Part shown: in pieces, positions 1-9,057 of the stretch
How the letters are laid out: each line of letters starts with the position of its first letter
How positions within the stretch are numbered: position 1 is the first letter of the stretch
Assembly (NCBI GenBank): GCA_963728865.1
Contig: CAVSLZ010000001.1
Location: 163,122-227,121, forward strand
Direction of reading: 5' to 3'
DNA length: 64,000 nt
DNA from: an uncultured Actinomycetota bacterium
Lineage (GTDB): Bacteria; Actinomycetota; Actinomycetes; Mycobacteriales; Nakamurellaceae
Notes under the pieces: model-generated
Told to the model about the DNA's origin: nothing
Databases searched by the model: none
What the model saw: the letters and a program-made list of their open reading frames with translations, nothing else
Program-made: the position numbers and the translations under genes

Positions 1-765
1 GGCCAGGCGGACGACATTCACGTCGTGGGCGGCGATCGGGACGGTGGCCACGCTGTAATTGGCCGCGAAGCGGATGCGCACCACTCGCACTGGATCCCAC
101 CGGAACCGGCCGTTTGACATTTCTTGGAACATTCGGGCGAGGTTCGGGCGGCCGGCGCCGTCGACCAACGCCTGGTAGAAACCCACATCATCGCTGACCG
201 TCCGGTCTGCGTAGTCGCAGAGCACGACCAGCAGCGCGCGGGTCCCGCGACGAGCTCGGGTGCCGTACCCGAACGCCGACGGCGGGTCGAGCGGAAGCGT
301 CCCGGTAGCCGGCCGGACGTAACCCTCACGTCGGGCGAGTCGATACCCCGGGGAACGTTCGCTGCCGTCCTCACGCCAGGACGGATGCGTGGTGGTGTAG
401 TTGTCGGAACGAGCGCCGCTCCACCAACTCACCAGCGGGGTTGTCCCGGCGTAGGCCCGCTCGTACACGTGGCCCTCACGCCGGGCGAACCGATAGACGG
501 GTGAATGTTCCGTGCCGTCCTCACGCCAGGACGGATGCGTGGTCGTGTAGTTGTCGCTCCGGTCGTTGCTGAACCACCGTACGAGTGGCACCGTGCCGAT
601 GGGCGCCACCGAAAGATCGGGGTCGAGCACCAACCCCTCCTCCCGGGAAAAGCGGTAACCCGCCCTGGGCGGCGCCGGATCGCCCCGCTCCCACTCGGGA
701 TCGGTTGTCGCAACGTTGTCGCCCCGGCTCCGGCTCGCCCACGACGTCAGCACACGTGTCCTCAT
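1..765 (-). CDS. Partial CDS running off the window start: three ~50-aa repeats (DUF5648-like) followed by the start of a probable M6/immune inhibitor A-like metalloprotease domain
   Basis: Manual translation: no stop in this minus frame from 921 to 1. ATG at 765 preceded by AAGGGA. Repeats 'PLVRWFSNDRSDNYTTTHPSW...YRFARREGHV' and 'PLVSWWSGARSDNYTTTHPSW...YRLARREGYV', then 'ALLVVLCDYAD...NLARMFQEMSNGRF'. Absent from the ORF track because no stop lies in the window. HExxH not visible. Confidence 0.75.
   Translation of the reverse strand, partial: MRTRVLTSWASRSRGDNVATTDPEWERGDPAPPRAGYRFSREEGLVLDPDLSVAPIGTVPLVRWFSNDRSDNYTTTHPSWREDGTEHSPVYRFARREGHVYERAYAGTTPLVSWWSGARSDNYTTTHPSWREDGSERSPGYRLARREGYVRPATGTLPLDPPSAFGYGTRARRGTRALLVVLCDYADRTVSDDVGFYQALVDGAGRPNLARMFQEMSNGRFRWDPVRVVRIRFAANYSVATVPIAAHDVNVVRLA
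323..556. repeat. Intragenic direct repeat with 150-bp period
   Basis: tgccgtcctcacgccaggacggatgcgtggt(g/c)gtgtagttgtcg occurs at ~363-406 and ~513-556; encodes the DNYTTTHPSWREDG repeat on the minus strand. Confidence 0.9.
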
Positions 766-821
766 GTCCTCAGGTCCCTTCTGCGTCTCCGGCGTCGCGG
801 ATTGCGAGCCGTTGGGCCCTG

Positions 822-849
822 GATGCTCCGTGTCCGCTGTTTGGTTCCC
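822..849 (-). promoter_or_regulatory. Candidate ECF sigma promoter for the repeat/protease gene
   Basis: Minus strand GGGAAC-N18-CATC, 57 bp upstream of ATG 765. Confidence 0.4.
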
Positions 850-1015
850 GATGCGTTGCAACCGGACATCAACGGCGTCGATCGCGCGGTTCCGAGCGCA
901 GCTGGGATACGGGGTCTCGGTCTATTGAGTTGCTCTTCCCAGCAGCGCCCGGAACCCTTGGAAGTCGATCGGATTACACGGATGGTCGCTCGAAGACCCG
1001 TGGCTGCGATTCGCC

Positions 1016-1042
1016 GGGAACTTCGTCGCCGGTGGCGACATC
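1016..1042 (+). promoter_or_regulatory. Candidate ECF sigma promoter for the lipoprotein gene
   Basis: GGGAAC-N17-CATC, 45 bp upstream of ATG 1087. Confidence 0.45.
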
Positions 1043-1086
1043 TTCGTCAGCGATGGCCCGGAACCGGGCCCACGGGAGGAGACGTG

Positions 1087-2211
1087 ATGTTCACAACCCA
1101 ACAACGCAACACCGTGTATCGGGTCGCCACAGCTGGTGCCCTCGGTCTGACCCTGCTGATGTCGAGCGCCTGCGGCGCTTCATCCGGACCCGAAGCGGAT
1201 GTCGTGGTGGTGCTGTCCAACTCGGCCAGCGACTCTGCACCAACGGATCCAACGACGACGCCGGCATCAACAACCGGGCAGACATCGACCGGTCCGGGCG
1301 GCACGGACGGTCAGCTCACGGGCGAGTCGGGTCCAACAACAGATCTTCTGGGCGCGGTCGTCGGACCGGAGTATCCGGTAGAGGTGTCCTACGCGGGGGT
1401 GGTCTGGTCGCTGACCGGGTTGACCCGTGAGATGGACGATGACGACCTGGTGTGGGTGGCGGCGCTGCAACTGCGGAACGAGACCGACCTGGGCATGCAA
1501 TGGCCGATCGACGTGTTGAGTCTGCGGACCGAGGACGGTGCCGACGTCAAACCGGACCGTGCCGTCGGGACGGGATCCAGGAAGGTCAAAGTCGATTCCC
1601 GTGCCACCACGAACGTCGACATCCAGTTCATGCTTGCTCCCGACACGGACGCCGCAGGCATGTCCATGGCGGTCGCCGAGACCGGGCGAATACCCGCGGT
1701 GACCCCCTTCACCGGGCGGGCACCGGTCGATGCCTACCCGATTGACGCCGGCTTCACCGGCACGACGAAGCCACTTCCACTGCAGCGGCGCACCGCCCCT
1801 GGCGGCACGGTGCTGGACGAGGACGATGTCGTGACGGTGTCGGCGGTGACGGCCAGGATCGATCTGGACGCCCCGGTCCAGCGGGCACGCACGGGCGGTC
1901 GGCTGGCCGTGCTGGACGTCACCATGACGGCATCAACCACGAACGACTCGAGCGTCAACATCGATGAGGACAACTTCCGGCTCGAGGTTGACGGCTCCCC
2001 GCAGGCCCCGGTGGCGCTGCTCCCCGGAGTGCCCGACCCGGTCGGCTTCTACCCGCAGGTCGAGGTCGGGGCGACCGCACCGGTCACCCTGATTTTCGAG
2101 ATACCCACTGCAGCAGAGGATCTCGCGTTGGTCGTGACGGCCCCAGAAGGGTATTCAAGCGATCGGATTCCGGTGGTCATCGGTACCCTGCCACCGTGCT
2201 GCGGTGAGTGA
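1087..2211 (+). CDS. Secreted lipoprotein with Thr/Ser-rich linker and two Ig-like (DUF4352-like) beta domains
   Basis: GGAGGA RBS at 1075-1080, ATG 1087; signal peptide ending LMSSAC (lipobox); the ORF-track start at 505 overlaps the minus-strand gene. Confidence 0.75.
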   Translation: MFTTQQRNTVYRVATAGALGLTLLMSSACGASSGPEADVVVVLSNSASDSAPTDPTTTPASTTGQTSTGPGGTDGQLTGESGPTTDLLGAVVGPEYPVEVSYAGVVWSLTGLTREMDDDDLVWVAALQLRNETDLGMQWPIDVLSLRTEDGADVKPDRAVGTGSRKVKVDSRATTNVDIQFMLAPDTDAAGMSMAVAETGRIPAVTPFTGRAPVDAYPIDAGFTGTTKPLPLQRRTAPGGTVLDEDDVVTVSAVTARIDLDAPVQRARTGGRLAVLDVTMTASTTNDSSVNIDEDNFRLEVDGSPQAPVALLPGVPDPVGFYPQVEVGATAPVTLIFEIPTAAEDLALVVTAPEGYSSDRIPVVIGTLPPCCGE

Positions 2212-2217
2212 GCGGGT

Positions 2218-2850
2218 TCAGAGCTGCCACACCTGCTCGGCGAGCTGGGCCCGGGCACGTGCGATGCGTGACCGCACGGTCCCGACCGGCACGCCGAGCA
2301 GGTCTGCGATCTCGGCGTAATCCAGCTGCCGGACCTCACGCATGATCAACGCCTCCCGAAACGGTTCGCTGACCCGGTCAAGTGCCTGACGCACGAGGAA
2401 TTCGTTGGCCACCACCGAGCTGAGCCGGCGCACGAAATCACCATCGTCGGGCAACTCCGCCCCCTGGTCCTCATGCGTCCGCCGCTTGCGGCGAAGAACC
2501 TGCAGTGCCTCGTTCCTGGCGACCGTCCGCAGCCAGCTGCGGAACGGTGCCCGGCCCTCGAACCGGCCGATCCGTTCGGCGACCGCGATCAGCGTGAGCT
2601 GCGCCGCGTCATCGATATCGGTCGGATCGATCAGCACATCGGTGATCGGCGGGACGGCCAACCGGTGCCGGTGCACGATCACCACCAACAACTCCGTGGC
2701 CGACCGTGAACCGGCCGCCGCGCGGGCGGCGACCTCGTCCAGCAGACGCCGACGCTCCTCGGAGCCCGCCCTGGCGTACCGGTCGGCAAGCTCGGAGCGG
2801 GCGGCACGACCACCACTGTCCAGGCCATCGAAATCCGGCCCGCTGGTCAC
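2218..2850 (-). CDS. ECF RNA polymerase sigma factor
   Basis: Region 2 'DIDDAAQ...FRSWLRTVARN', region 4 'LDYAEIADLLGVPVGTVRSRIARAR'; GTG start overlaps the kinase stop (GTGA). Confidence 0.93.
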   Translation of the reverse strand: MTSGPDFDGLDSGGRAARSELADRYARAGSEERRRLLDEVAARAAAGSRSATELLVVIVHRHRLAVPPITDVLIDPTDIDDAAQLTLIAVAERIGRFEGRAPFRSWLRTVARNEALQVLRRKRRTHEDQGAELPDDGDFVRRLSSVVANEFLVRQALDRVSEPFREALIMREVRQLDYAEIADLLGVPVGTVRSRIARARAQLAEQVWQL

Positions 2851-4316
2851 GGCACGACCGTGACGGTGTGCGACACCGCGTGCTCGCCGTCCGCGAGCTC
2901 GGCCAGCAACGACACGGTGAACGTCCCGGCAGTCTCCACCCGCACAGTGAGCTGCTCGACCTCGATCCGCTGGCCGTCGATCGCGACCCAATGAAAGGGC
3001 GCATCGGCGGGAACCCGCGGTTCGAACCTCACCAAGTCCCCGGGAGCCGCCCGGGCGGGCCCGACGATAGAGATGTCGTCGGCAGCCACGACGGTCACCT
3101 CACGCCGCGTCGACCCGCCGTCACCGGTCTCCAGGCCGATCGCCAGCTGGCCGGTGGATTGCGCCGAAAGGTTTAACTCACCGCCGTGTTGGCTGGACCC
3201 GTCGGGAGCAGCCCAGGTCCAGTCATCGCCGCCGTTATCGGCGTAATAGACGCCCCGCTGACCGACCGACAGCGTTCCCGGGCCGACGATAGCCACCTTC
3301 TCATCGGCGAAACGAGCAAGGGCCACGGTCAAGACCACGCCTCCGACGACGATCGAGACGAGCACGAGAACAAGCAGCACCGTGACCCGCCGGCTGGCCC
3401 GCCTGGATTGCGGCACCGGGGATACCGCCCGGTCCGGCACGGTCTCTGTCTGGACCTGGGTCACTTCGTCCAGACGGTCCATCTCCGCCAAGGCGCCGTC
3501 CACCGCGGCCAACCATTCTGCCGAATCGGGAAACCGGCTGTCCGGGTCGCGCTGCAAACCACGCGCGAGAACAGCCCTCACCACCCCGGGGACCGGAAGG
3601 GTCTCGGTGGACGCCGCCGGCGGTGCACCGTCCACGGGCAACGAGCCACCGAGTAACTCAAAGGTCAGTACCGTCAACGCGAACAGGTCGGCCCTGCCGT
3701 CCACCGGCGCACCGAGAATACGTTGCTCCGGCGCCATGTACGCGGCCGTTCCTGCGACGGCCGTCAGCCGACCGCTGGCCGCCAAATCCTTGGCGATCCC
3801 GAAATCGGTCAGTGTGACAAGCTCGTCGTCAGCCAACAGTCCGTCCGCGGCGATGGCGTCCCCGCGCGCCCCGCGGTCAGCGACGCGGAGCAGGACGTTC
3901 GACGGCTTCACGTCTCGGTGCACGATTCCCGCGCTGTGAATCACCGCCAGTGCCTCCGCGAGGCCGCGCACCACTCCGCGAACGTCCGCGGCGGTCACTT
4001 GCACACCCCGGCCCTTGACCTCCCGGAGTCGCTGCTGCAACGTGCCGCGCTCGGCCAGCTCCATCACCAGATACGGCCTACCGTCCGGCAATTCCGCAAT
4101 GTCATAAATCGAAACGACCCTGAACGAACCAATCCGGCGCATCAGGCGGCCCTCGCTGATGAAACGCGCCCGAATATCAGCGTCGCCGGCGATATTGTCA
4201 CCCAACACCTTGATGGCGACAGGCAACTGCAACACCGGATCGTCAGCGCGATAAACGGTGGCAAAGGCCCCCGCTCCCATCCGACCGGTCACCACGAACC
4301 GGCCGATGCGCTCCAC
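2847..4316 (-). CDS. Hanks-type Ser/Thr protein kinase with one TM helix and an extracytoplasmic PKD/Ig-like region
   Basis: GAGAFATV, VAIK, HRDVKPSN, DFG, GTAAYMAPE motifs; hydrophobic stretch VTVLLVLVLVSIVVGGVVLTVALA. Confidence 0.95.
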   Translation of the reverse strand: MERIGRFVVTGRMGAGAFATVYRADDPVLQLPVAIKVLGDNIAGDADIRARFISEGRLMRRIGSFRVVSIYDIAELPDGRPYLVMELAERGTLQQRLREVKGRGVQVTAADVRGVVRGLAEALAVIHSAGIVHRDVKPSNVLLRVADRGARGDAIAADGLLADDELVTLTDFGIAKDLAASGRLTAVAGTAAYMAPEQRILGAPVDGRADLFALTVLTFELLGGSLPVDGAPPAASTETLPVPGVVRAVLARGLQRDPDSRFPDSAEWLAAVDGALAEMDRLDEVTQVQTETVPDRAVSPVPQSRRASRRVTVLLVLVLVSIVVGGVVLTVALARFADEKVAIVGPGTLSVGQRGVYYADNGGDDWTWAAPDGSSQHGGELNLSAQSTGQLAIGLETGDGGSTRREVTVVAADDISIVGPARAAPGDLVRFEPRVPADAPFHWVAIDGQRIEVEQLTVRVETAGTFTVSLLAELADGEHAVSHTVTVVP

Positions 4317-4439
4317 GCCCCCGCCCTCCGTGCCCGCACGATTGAGGTGCTCTGACTTTGTGACGCATTTCAGGTTTGATGACGCATCATTCCTGGTCCT
4401 TGGGCGGGTTCAGTTTCACGGGCCGTGAGGTTGTTGGCA

Positions 4440-4560
4440 AGCCGTTCCCGACGGCCCGTTCAAGTCCGTCTCGGCGGGCTTGGCGGTCGGGTGCCGCGGG
4501 TGGAACCTCGTGTCCGGCGGTCTTGGCCCAGTCCCGGATGGCCTGGGGTTTGATCCTTCC
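4440..4560 (-). pseudogene. Possible decayed Lsr2-type DNA-binding domain fragment
   Basis: 'PQAIRDWAKTAGHEV' followed, after a 1-nt shift, by 'TRG', resembling Lsr2 IRxWAxxxGxxVSxRG. Confidence 0.35.
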
Positions 4561-4726
4561 CCGGCCGGGATGGCCTTCACCTCGAAGCACAGCAGAACAC
4601 CAGTCCCGGATCCGCTCGCCGGCTCGAGCAACGTATCCTCAAGCCGTTCGCTTGCTACGGCACTGACCTGCCAGTGGCATCCGAGACGGCATAGAGGATC
4701 TTGATACACAGTGTTTGCGCAGTTCA

Positions 4727-4799
4727 GCCCTCATAGCTCAGGGGATAGAGCATCGGTTTCCTAAACCGTGTGTCGCAGGTTCGAATCCTGCTGGGGGCA
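4727..4799 (+). tRNA. tRNA-Arg (anticodon CCT)
   Basis: Acceptor stem GCCCTCA/TGGGGGC, D-arm TAGCTCAGGGGATAGAGC, anticodon loop TTCCTAA, T-loop GGTTCGAATCC; CCA not encoded. Confidence 0.97.
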
Positions 4800-4883
4800 C
4801 TGTCACGTTGGATGACCTCGGCTGATTGGTGACGTTCGGCATTCGGTTGATGCTCGACGCAGCACGGTGGAGAGGGGCGACCC

Positions 4884-6299
4884 GTGACCGACGCTCGACG
4901 GCCGAACAAGCCGGACGCCCAATCCGAGCCCGCCGGCAACCTTGCCGGTACTCCCACCCGGACTCAGCGACTCGACGGCCTGCCGTGGACCGCTGAACAC
5001 CGTCGACTGCTGGTCGGGTCGGGTGTCGGTTGGGCACTCGACGCGATGGACGTCGGGTTGATCTCGTTCATTCTCGCCCAGCTCGCCGTCACCTGGTCCG
5101 CGACACCTGGCGAGTTGTCCTGGATCGCCTCGGCCGGCTTCGTCGGGATGGCACTGGGCGCCAGTCTCGGCGGACTGCTGGCGGACCGGATCGGCCGCCG
5201 CTCGGTGTTCGCGCTGACCCTGCTGGTCTACGGGTTGGCCACCGGCGTGTCGGCCTTGGCATGGTCGGTCGGTTCCCTGCTGGTTCTCCGGTTCGTGGTG
5301 GGCCTCGGCCTGGGAGCGGAGCTGCCGGTGGCGTCCACGCTCGTCAGCGAGTTCGCCCCACCGCGCATCCGCGGCCGGATCATCGTGCTGCTCGAGGCGT
5401 TCTGGGCCGTCGGTTGGACAATCGCCGCCGTCATCGGGTACCTCGTGGTCCCGTCCGGCGACAACGGTTGGCGTTGGGCACTTGCGCTCGGCGCGGTGCC
5501 CGCGGCGTACGCGACCGTCGTGCGTTTCAAGCTCCCCGAATCCGTCCGTTTCCTGGAGGCACGGGGCCGGCACGACGAAGCCGAGCGCACTGTTCGGCGG
5601 TTCGAGCGCTCCGCGGGACGACCGCCGAGGACCGGCTCAGCAGGCGATGTCCCGCCCGCAGCCCCACCGCCGGGTCACTCCCCGCCGCCGGCCGCGTCCG
5701 TGTCCGCACGCATCGGCGCCTTGTGGTCCACGGGTCTGCGGCGCCGTACCGGCGCTTTGTGGCTGGTCTGGTTCTGCGTCAACTTCTCCTACTACGGCGC
5801 CTTCATCTGGCTGCCGACACTGCTGATCGCCGACGGGTTCTCGCTCGTCCGCTCGTTCGGGTTCACGTTGCTGATCACGCTGGCCCAACTGCCCGGGTAC
5901 GCAGCCGCGGCCGTGCTGGTCGAAACCTGGGGCCGGCGGCGCACCCTGGCCACGTTCCTCACGGGTTCCGCCGTCGCGGCGACGATCTTCGCCGGTGCAT
6001 CCAGTGTGACCATGGTGCTGGTCGGTGGGTGCCTGCTGTCGTTCTTCAACCTGGGTGCGTGGGGTGCGCTCTATGCGGTGACCCCGGAGATCTACCCGAC
6101 AGCGCTGCGTGCGACCGGCTCCGGATGGGCGGCGGGAGCCGGCCGAATCGCCTCCGTGCTCGCACCACTGGCGGTGCCGCCGATCCGCGAATGGGGCGGC
6201 ACCGGCCTGCTGTTCGGGATCTTCGGCGCGGTATTCCTGATCGCGGCTGCAGGAGCACTGGCCTTGCCCGAGCGCCGCGCGCAAATCCTGCAGGACTGA
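4884..6299 (+). CDS. MFS transporter (NiaP/YceI-like)
   Basis: 'GWALDAMDVG', 'LADRIGRR', 'GLGAELPVASTLVSEFAP', 'PEIYPT' motifs; multiple TM segments. Confidence 0.92.
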   Translation: MTDARRPNKPDAQSEPAGNLAGTPTRTQRLDGLPWTAEHRRLLVGSGVGWALDAMDVGLISFILAQLAVTWSATPGELSWIASAGFVGMALGASLGGLLADRIGRRSVFALTLLVYGLATGVSALAWSVGSLLVLRFVVGLGLGAELPVASTLVSEFAPPRIRGRIIVLLEAFWAVGWTIAAVIGYLVVPSGDNGWRWALALGAVPAAYATVVRFKLPESVRFLEARGRHDEAERTVRRFERSAGRPPRTGSAGDVPPAAPPPGHSPPPAASVSARIGALWSTGLRRRTGALWLVWFCVNFSYYGAFIWLPTLLIADGFSLVRSFGFTLLITLAQLPGYAAAAVLVETWGRRRTLATFLTGSAVAATIFAGASSVTMVLVGGCLLSFFNLGAWGALYAVTPEIYPTALRATGSGWAAGAGRIASVLAPLAVPPIREWGGTGLLFGIFGAVFLIAAAGALALPERRAQILQD

Positions 6300-6444
6300 A
6301 ATTCGGACAGTCCGCGAGACGACAGGCCACGTTCGGCGCGCGCAACCGTGCTGAGCAACTCTGCCCGAACACACCTCTGGATCCCATCCGGTCACGAGAG
6401 GTGTTGGACGCCGCCACTTCCCAGAGTTGGTCTGACTTAGCCGG

Positions 6445-6597
6445 TCAACGAGCTGTGCCGGTACTGGCCGCGGGCTCGGCCCGCCGGCGCGAGTGAGTCC
6501 GCTGGCGGGCCGCACCGGTCCAGCGGGATGCCCACCAGGTGGCCCAGGTGGCGGCGGCGAACGGGGTGGCGATGAGAACTGCATCGAAGAGTGTCAT
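6445..6597 (-). CDS. Small (50 aa) putative membrane peptide divergent from the GlxA-type regulator
   Basis: MTLFDAVLIATPFAAATWATWWASRW...; hydrophobic N-terminus and basic tail; fills the gap between two genes. Confidence 0.45.
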   Translation of the reverse strand: MTLFDAVLIATPFAAATWATWWASRWTGAARQRTHSRRRAEPAASTGTAR

Positions 6598-6669
6598 GGC
6601 AGAAATCTTCCGCCCAACGTTTTCCAGCCACAACTGGCAGCACTGACACAGTTCGTCGATTTTCTGCCA
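6597..6669. promoter_or_regulatory. Inverted repeat TGGCAGAAA...TTTCTGCCA, candidate operator of the adjacent AraC regulator
   Basis: Arms at 6597-6605 and 6661-6669, with a further TGGCAG at ~6635. Confidence 0.45.
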
Positions 6670-6689
6670 ACTTGTGTCACGATGGGGGG

Positions 6690-7706
6690 ATGATTCGAAC
6701 CGTGGCCGCATTGGCATTGCCGGGCGTTGCTCCCTTCGAACTCGGGGTGCTGTGCGAAGTCTTCGGCATCGATCGCACCGACCAGGGCGCCCCGGCATTT
6801 GACTTCACCGTGGTCGCAGCGCAACCGGGACGGGTTCGAACCTCGATGGGATTCGACCTGCACATCGACGACGGACTGGATGCCGCGGCCACCGTTGATC
6901 TGGTCGCGGTTCCCGCCTACACCGGCCTGGACGACATTCCCGAACCCGCACTCGAACTGCTCCGCGACACGGTCGCCCGCGGAGCGCAGGTGCTCAGCGT
7001 CTGCTCGGGTGCCATGGCGTTGGGCGCGGCCGGTCTGCTGAACGGCCGGCGATGCACCACGCACTGGATGCACAGCGCGGAGCTTGCGCGCCGGTATCCG
7101 GCCGCGGAGGTGGACCCCGATGTGCTGTTCGTCCAGGACGGGCCGGTGGTCACGAGCGCAGGGACCGCGGCGGGCATCGACGCATGCCTCTACCTGGTGC
7201 GGCGAGACCATGGGGTTCGGGCGGCAACCGTGATCGCGCGGCGGATGGTGGTGCCGCCGCAGCGGGATGGCGGGCAGGCGCAGTACATCGATACGCCGGT
7301 GACAGCGACCAGCGCGGACGGGCTCGAGTCCGTGTTGGAGGCGGTGCTGGCGCGGTTGGACGAGGAATGGGATGTCGAGGCCCTGGCTGCGCTGGTCCAT
7401 CTGTCACCGCGCACCTTCGCACGGCGGTTCCGTGCCGAAACCGGAACCACCCCCGCCGCCTGGCTCGCACGACAGCGACTCCTGCATGCACAACACCTGC
7501 TGGAGGCCACCGACCTGCCCGTCGAAAAGGTCGCCGTCCGATCAGGGTTCAGCGGCTCTGCGGTGCTGCGGCATCACTTCACCCGGCGGCTTGCCACCAC
7601 CCCGCAGGCGTACCGGCGCGCCTTTGGGTGTCACCACGGGCCACAGTCCACGGCCACGGCCACGGCACGGCCACGGCCACGGACGGTAGGCGGTACCGGT
7701 ACGTGA
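6690..7706 (+). CDS. GlxA/AdpA-family transcriptional regulator (DJ-1-like sensor plus AraC HTH)
   Basis: 'PFELGVLCEVFG', 'SVCSGA', 'TTHW', 'TSAGTAAGID', 'ARRMVVPPQRDGGQAQY', C-terminal AraC HTH. Confidence 0.93.
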   Translation: MIRTVAALALPGVAPFELGVLCEVFGIDRTDQGAPAFDFTVVAAQPGRVRTSMGFDLHIDDGLDAAATVDLVAVPAYTGLDDIPEPALELLRDTVARGAQVLSVCSGAMALGAAGLLNGRRCTTHWMHSAELARRYPAAEVDPDVLFVQDGPVVTSAGTAAGIDACLYLVRRDHGVRAATVIARRMVVPPQRDGGQAQYIDTPVTATSADGLESVLEAVLARLDEEWDVEALAALVHLSPRTFARRFRAETGTTPAAWLARQRLLHAQHLLEATDLPVEKVAVRSGFSGSAVLRHHFTRRLATTPQAYRRAFGCHHGPQSTATATARPRPRTVGGTGT

Positions 7707-7893
7707 ATGCTCCTGACGGGGCTGCGTCTCGATCGCCCTTGCGGTCGTGTGCAGCTGACACCCGCAGACCGACGATCATCACGCCGCAGCGGACACCTCG
7801 GCGGCCACGCCGGAGGCGCCAATGCCGTCGTTTCCCCGACCCTGATGCGTGCGGCGTTCAGCCTGACCCCGATGGCACCCCTTCACCCCGGGG

Positions 7894-9057
7894 TCAGTCG
7901 AGCGCCGACCGGATGTCGCGCACCATCGCGATTTCCAGCTCCCGGGCCTCCTCAACCAGGTCAGCGAGCTCGGTGAAGACCGTTGTCGGATCGTCGCTGG
8001 GGTCAGCGGTTGAGGCGAGTTCGGCTGTCCTGGTCCAGATCTCGCCCGATCGAGCCGCCTTCTTCACGGCAGGGGCCAGGTTCAGCCCGCTGATCCCCGC
8101 CGCCTGCTCCAGGAATTGCGCGTACAGCGGTCTGGTTGCGCCGGGAGCCGTGTACTGCCACATCAAGCATTCCGCGAGCCGGGTCATTGCGGCCTCGAAA
8201 GCAGCGGGGCCGGAGAATCGCTGTGACCAGCCACGCTTGGTGGTGCTGTCACGTAGCTCGGTCACCAGCTCGGCCATCCCGGAAAAGCCCATGTTCACAT
8301 CGAAGTAGTTGCCGAGCACCGGCCCGGTCAGGTGAGAGGTCGTAGTCCTCAGACTCGCGCGAATTCCGGTCGCAAGATCGATGCCCTCCGGCAGGGTCTC
8401 GACCGTGGTCAGCGCGAACCTGCCCTTCCGATATCCAGCCCAGGCCTCACCGAACACCTCGCGGCCGATCCGCCGAGGTACCGTCACCCCGTCATCGAGA
8501 AGGTAGTCGGCGCCGTCACGGCCGGCAACGACGACAGGGTGGGCCTCCGCAGCTTCCATCTCGGAGGTGGTCGCGGTATTCCACGGGATCAGCCCTCGGG
8601 CGACGGCGGTGAACGCAGGTCGCCCAGCGCCCAGCGCCGCGTCCATCTTGGCCAACGCGGTTCGCGCCGACGCCGACGTGACGGTGGTCGTGCGGACGCC
8701 CAGATGGCTGGTGACCGCATCGAGCCACGGCTGCGGGTGGTGTTGCGCGACGATCGTCAGCAGCGGGTACGGCAAGGTTCGGTACTCGAAGACCGCATAC
8801 AGGAAACCGATCCCACCACCGAGCCCACAGGCAATCGGTTCGGTGATGTCGAGACCCTCCTGCCCCAGCAGGTGGCGGGCCAAGGCCGACGGCCCATGGA
8901 CTTCGGCACCGAATGCGGGATAGCCGGGAACCAGCCCGGGCTCGGCGAGAGCGCCGGACCGTCTGGTCGTCACCTGTCGATGGGCCGTCGTAAATGATTC
9001 ACCGGTGCGGGCCATTCGCTCGCGGACCAGGTGCTTGCGTGCTTTGTGGTCGGTCAA
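7894..9057 (-). CDS. BtrH N-terminal-domain / DUF4872-like protein
   Basis: TTG start after GAAGGA; N-terminal 'KHLVRERMARTGESFTTA'; 'GLGGGIGFLY' and 'HPVVVAG' motifs. Confidence 0.75.
   Translation of the reverse strand: MTDHKARKHLVRERMARTGESFTTAHRQVTTRRSGALAEPGLVPGYPAFGAEVHGPSALARHLLGQEGLDITEPIACGLGGGIGFLYAVFEYRTLPYPLLTIVAQHHPQPWLDAVTSHLGVRTTTVTSASARTALAKMDAALGAGRPAFTAVARGLIPWNTATTSEMEAAEAHPVVVAGRDGADYLLDDGVTVPRRIGREVFGEAWAGYRKGRFALTTVETLPEGIDLATGIRASLRTTTSHLTGPVLGNYFDVNMGFSGMAELVTELRDSTTKRGWSQRFSGPAAFEAAMTRLAECLMWQYTAPGATRPLYAQFLEQAAGISGLNLAPAVKKAARSGEIWTRTAELASTADPSDDPTTVFTELADLVEEARELEIAMVRDIRSALD

Noticed and set aside
323-556. Direct repeat as a CRISPR array
   Set aside because: Only two close copies, 150-bp in-frame period, explained by protein repeats; no cas genes
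505-1086. N-terminal 194 aa of ORF 505..2211
   Set aside because: Antisense shadow of the minus-strand gene; the real start at 1087 has an RBS and signal peptide
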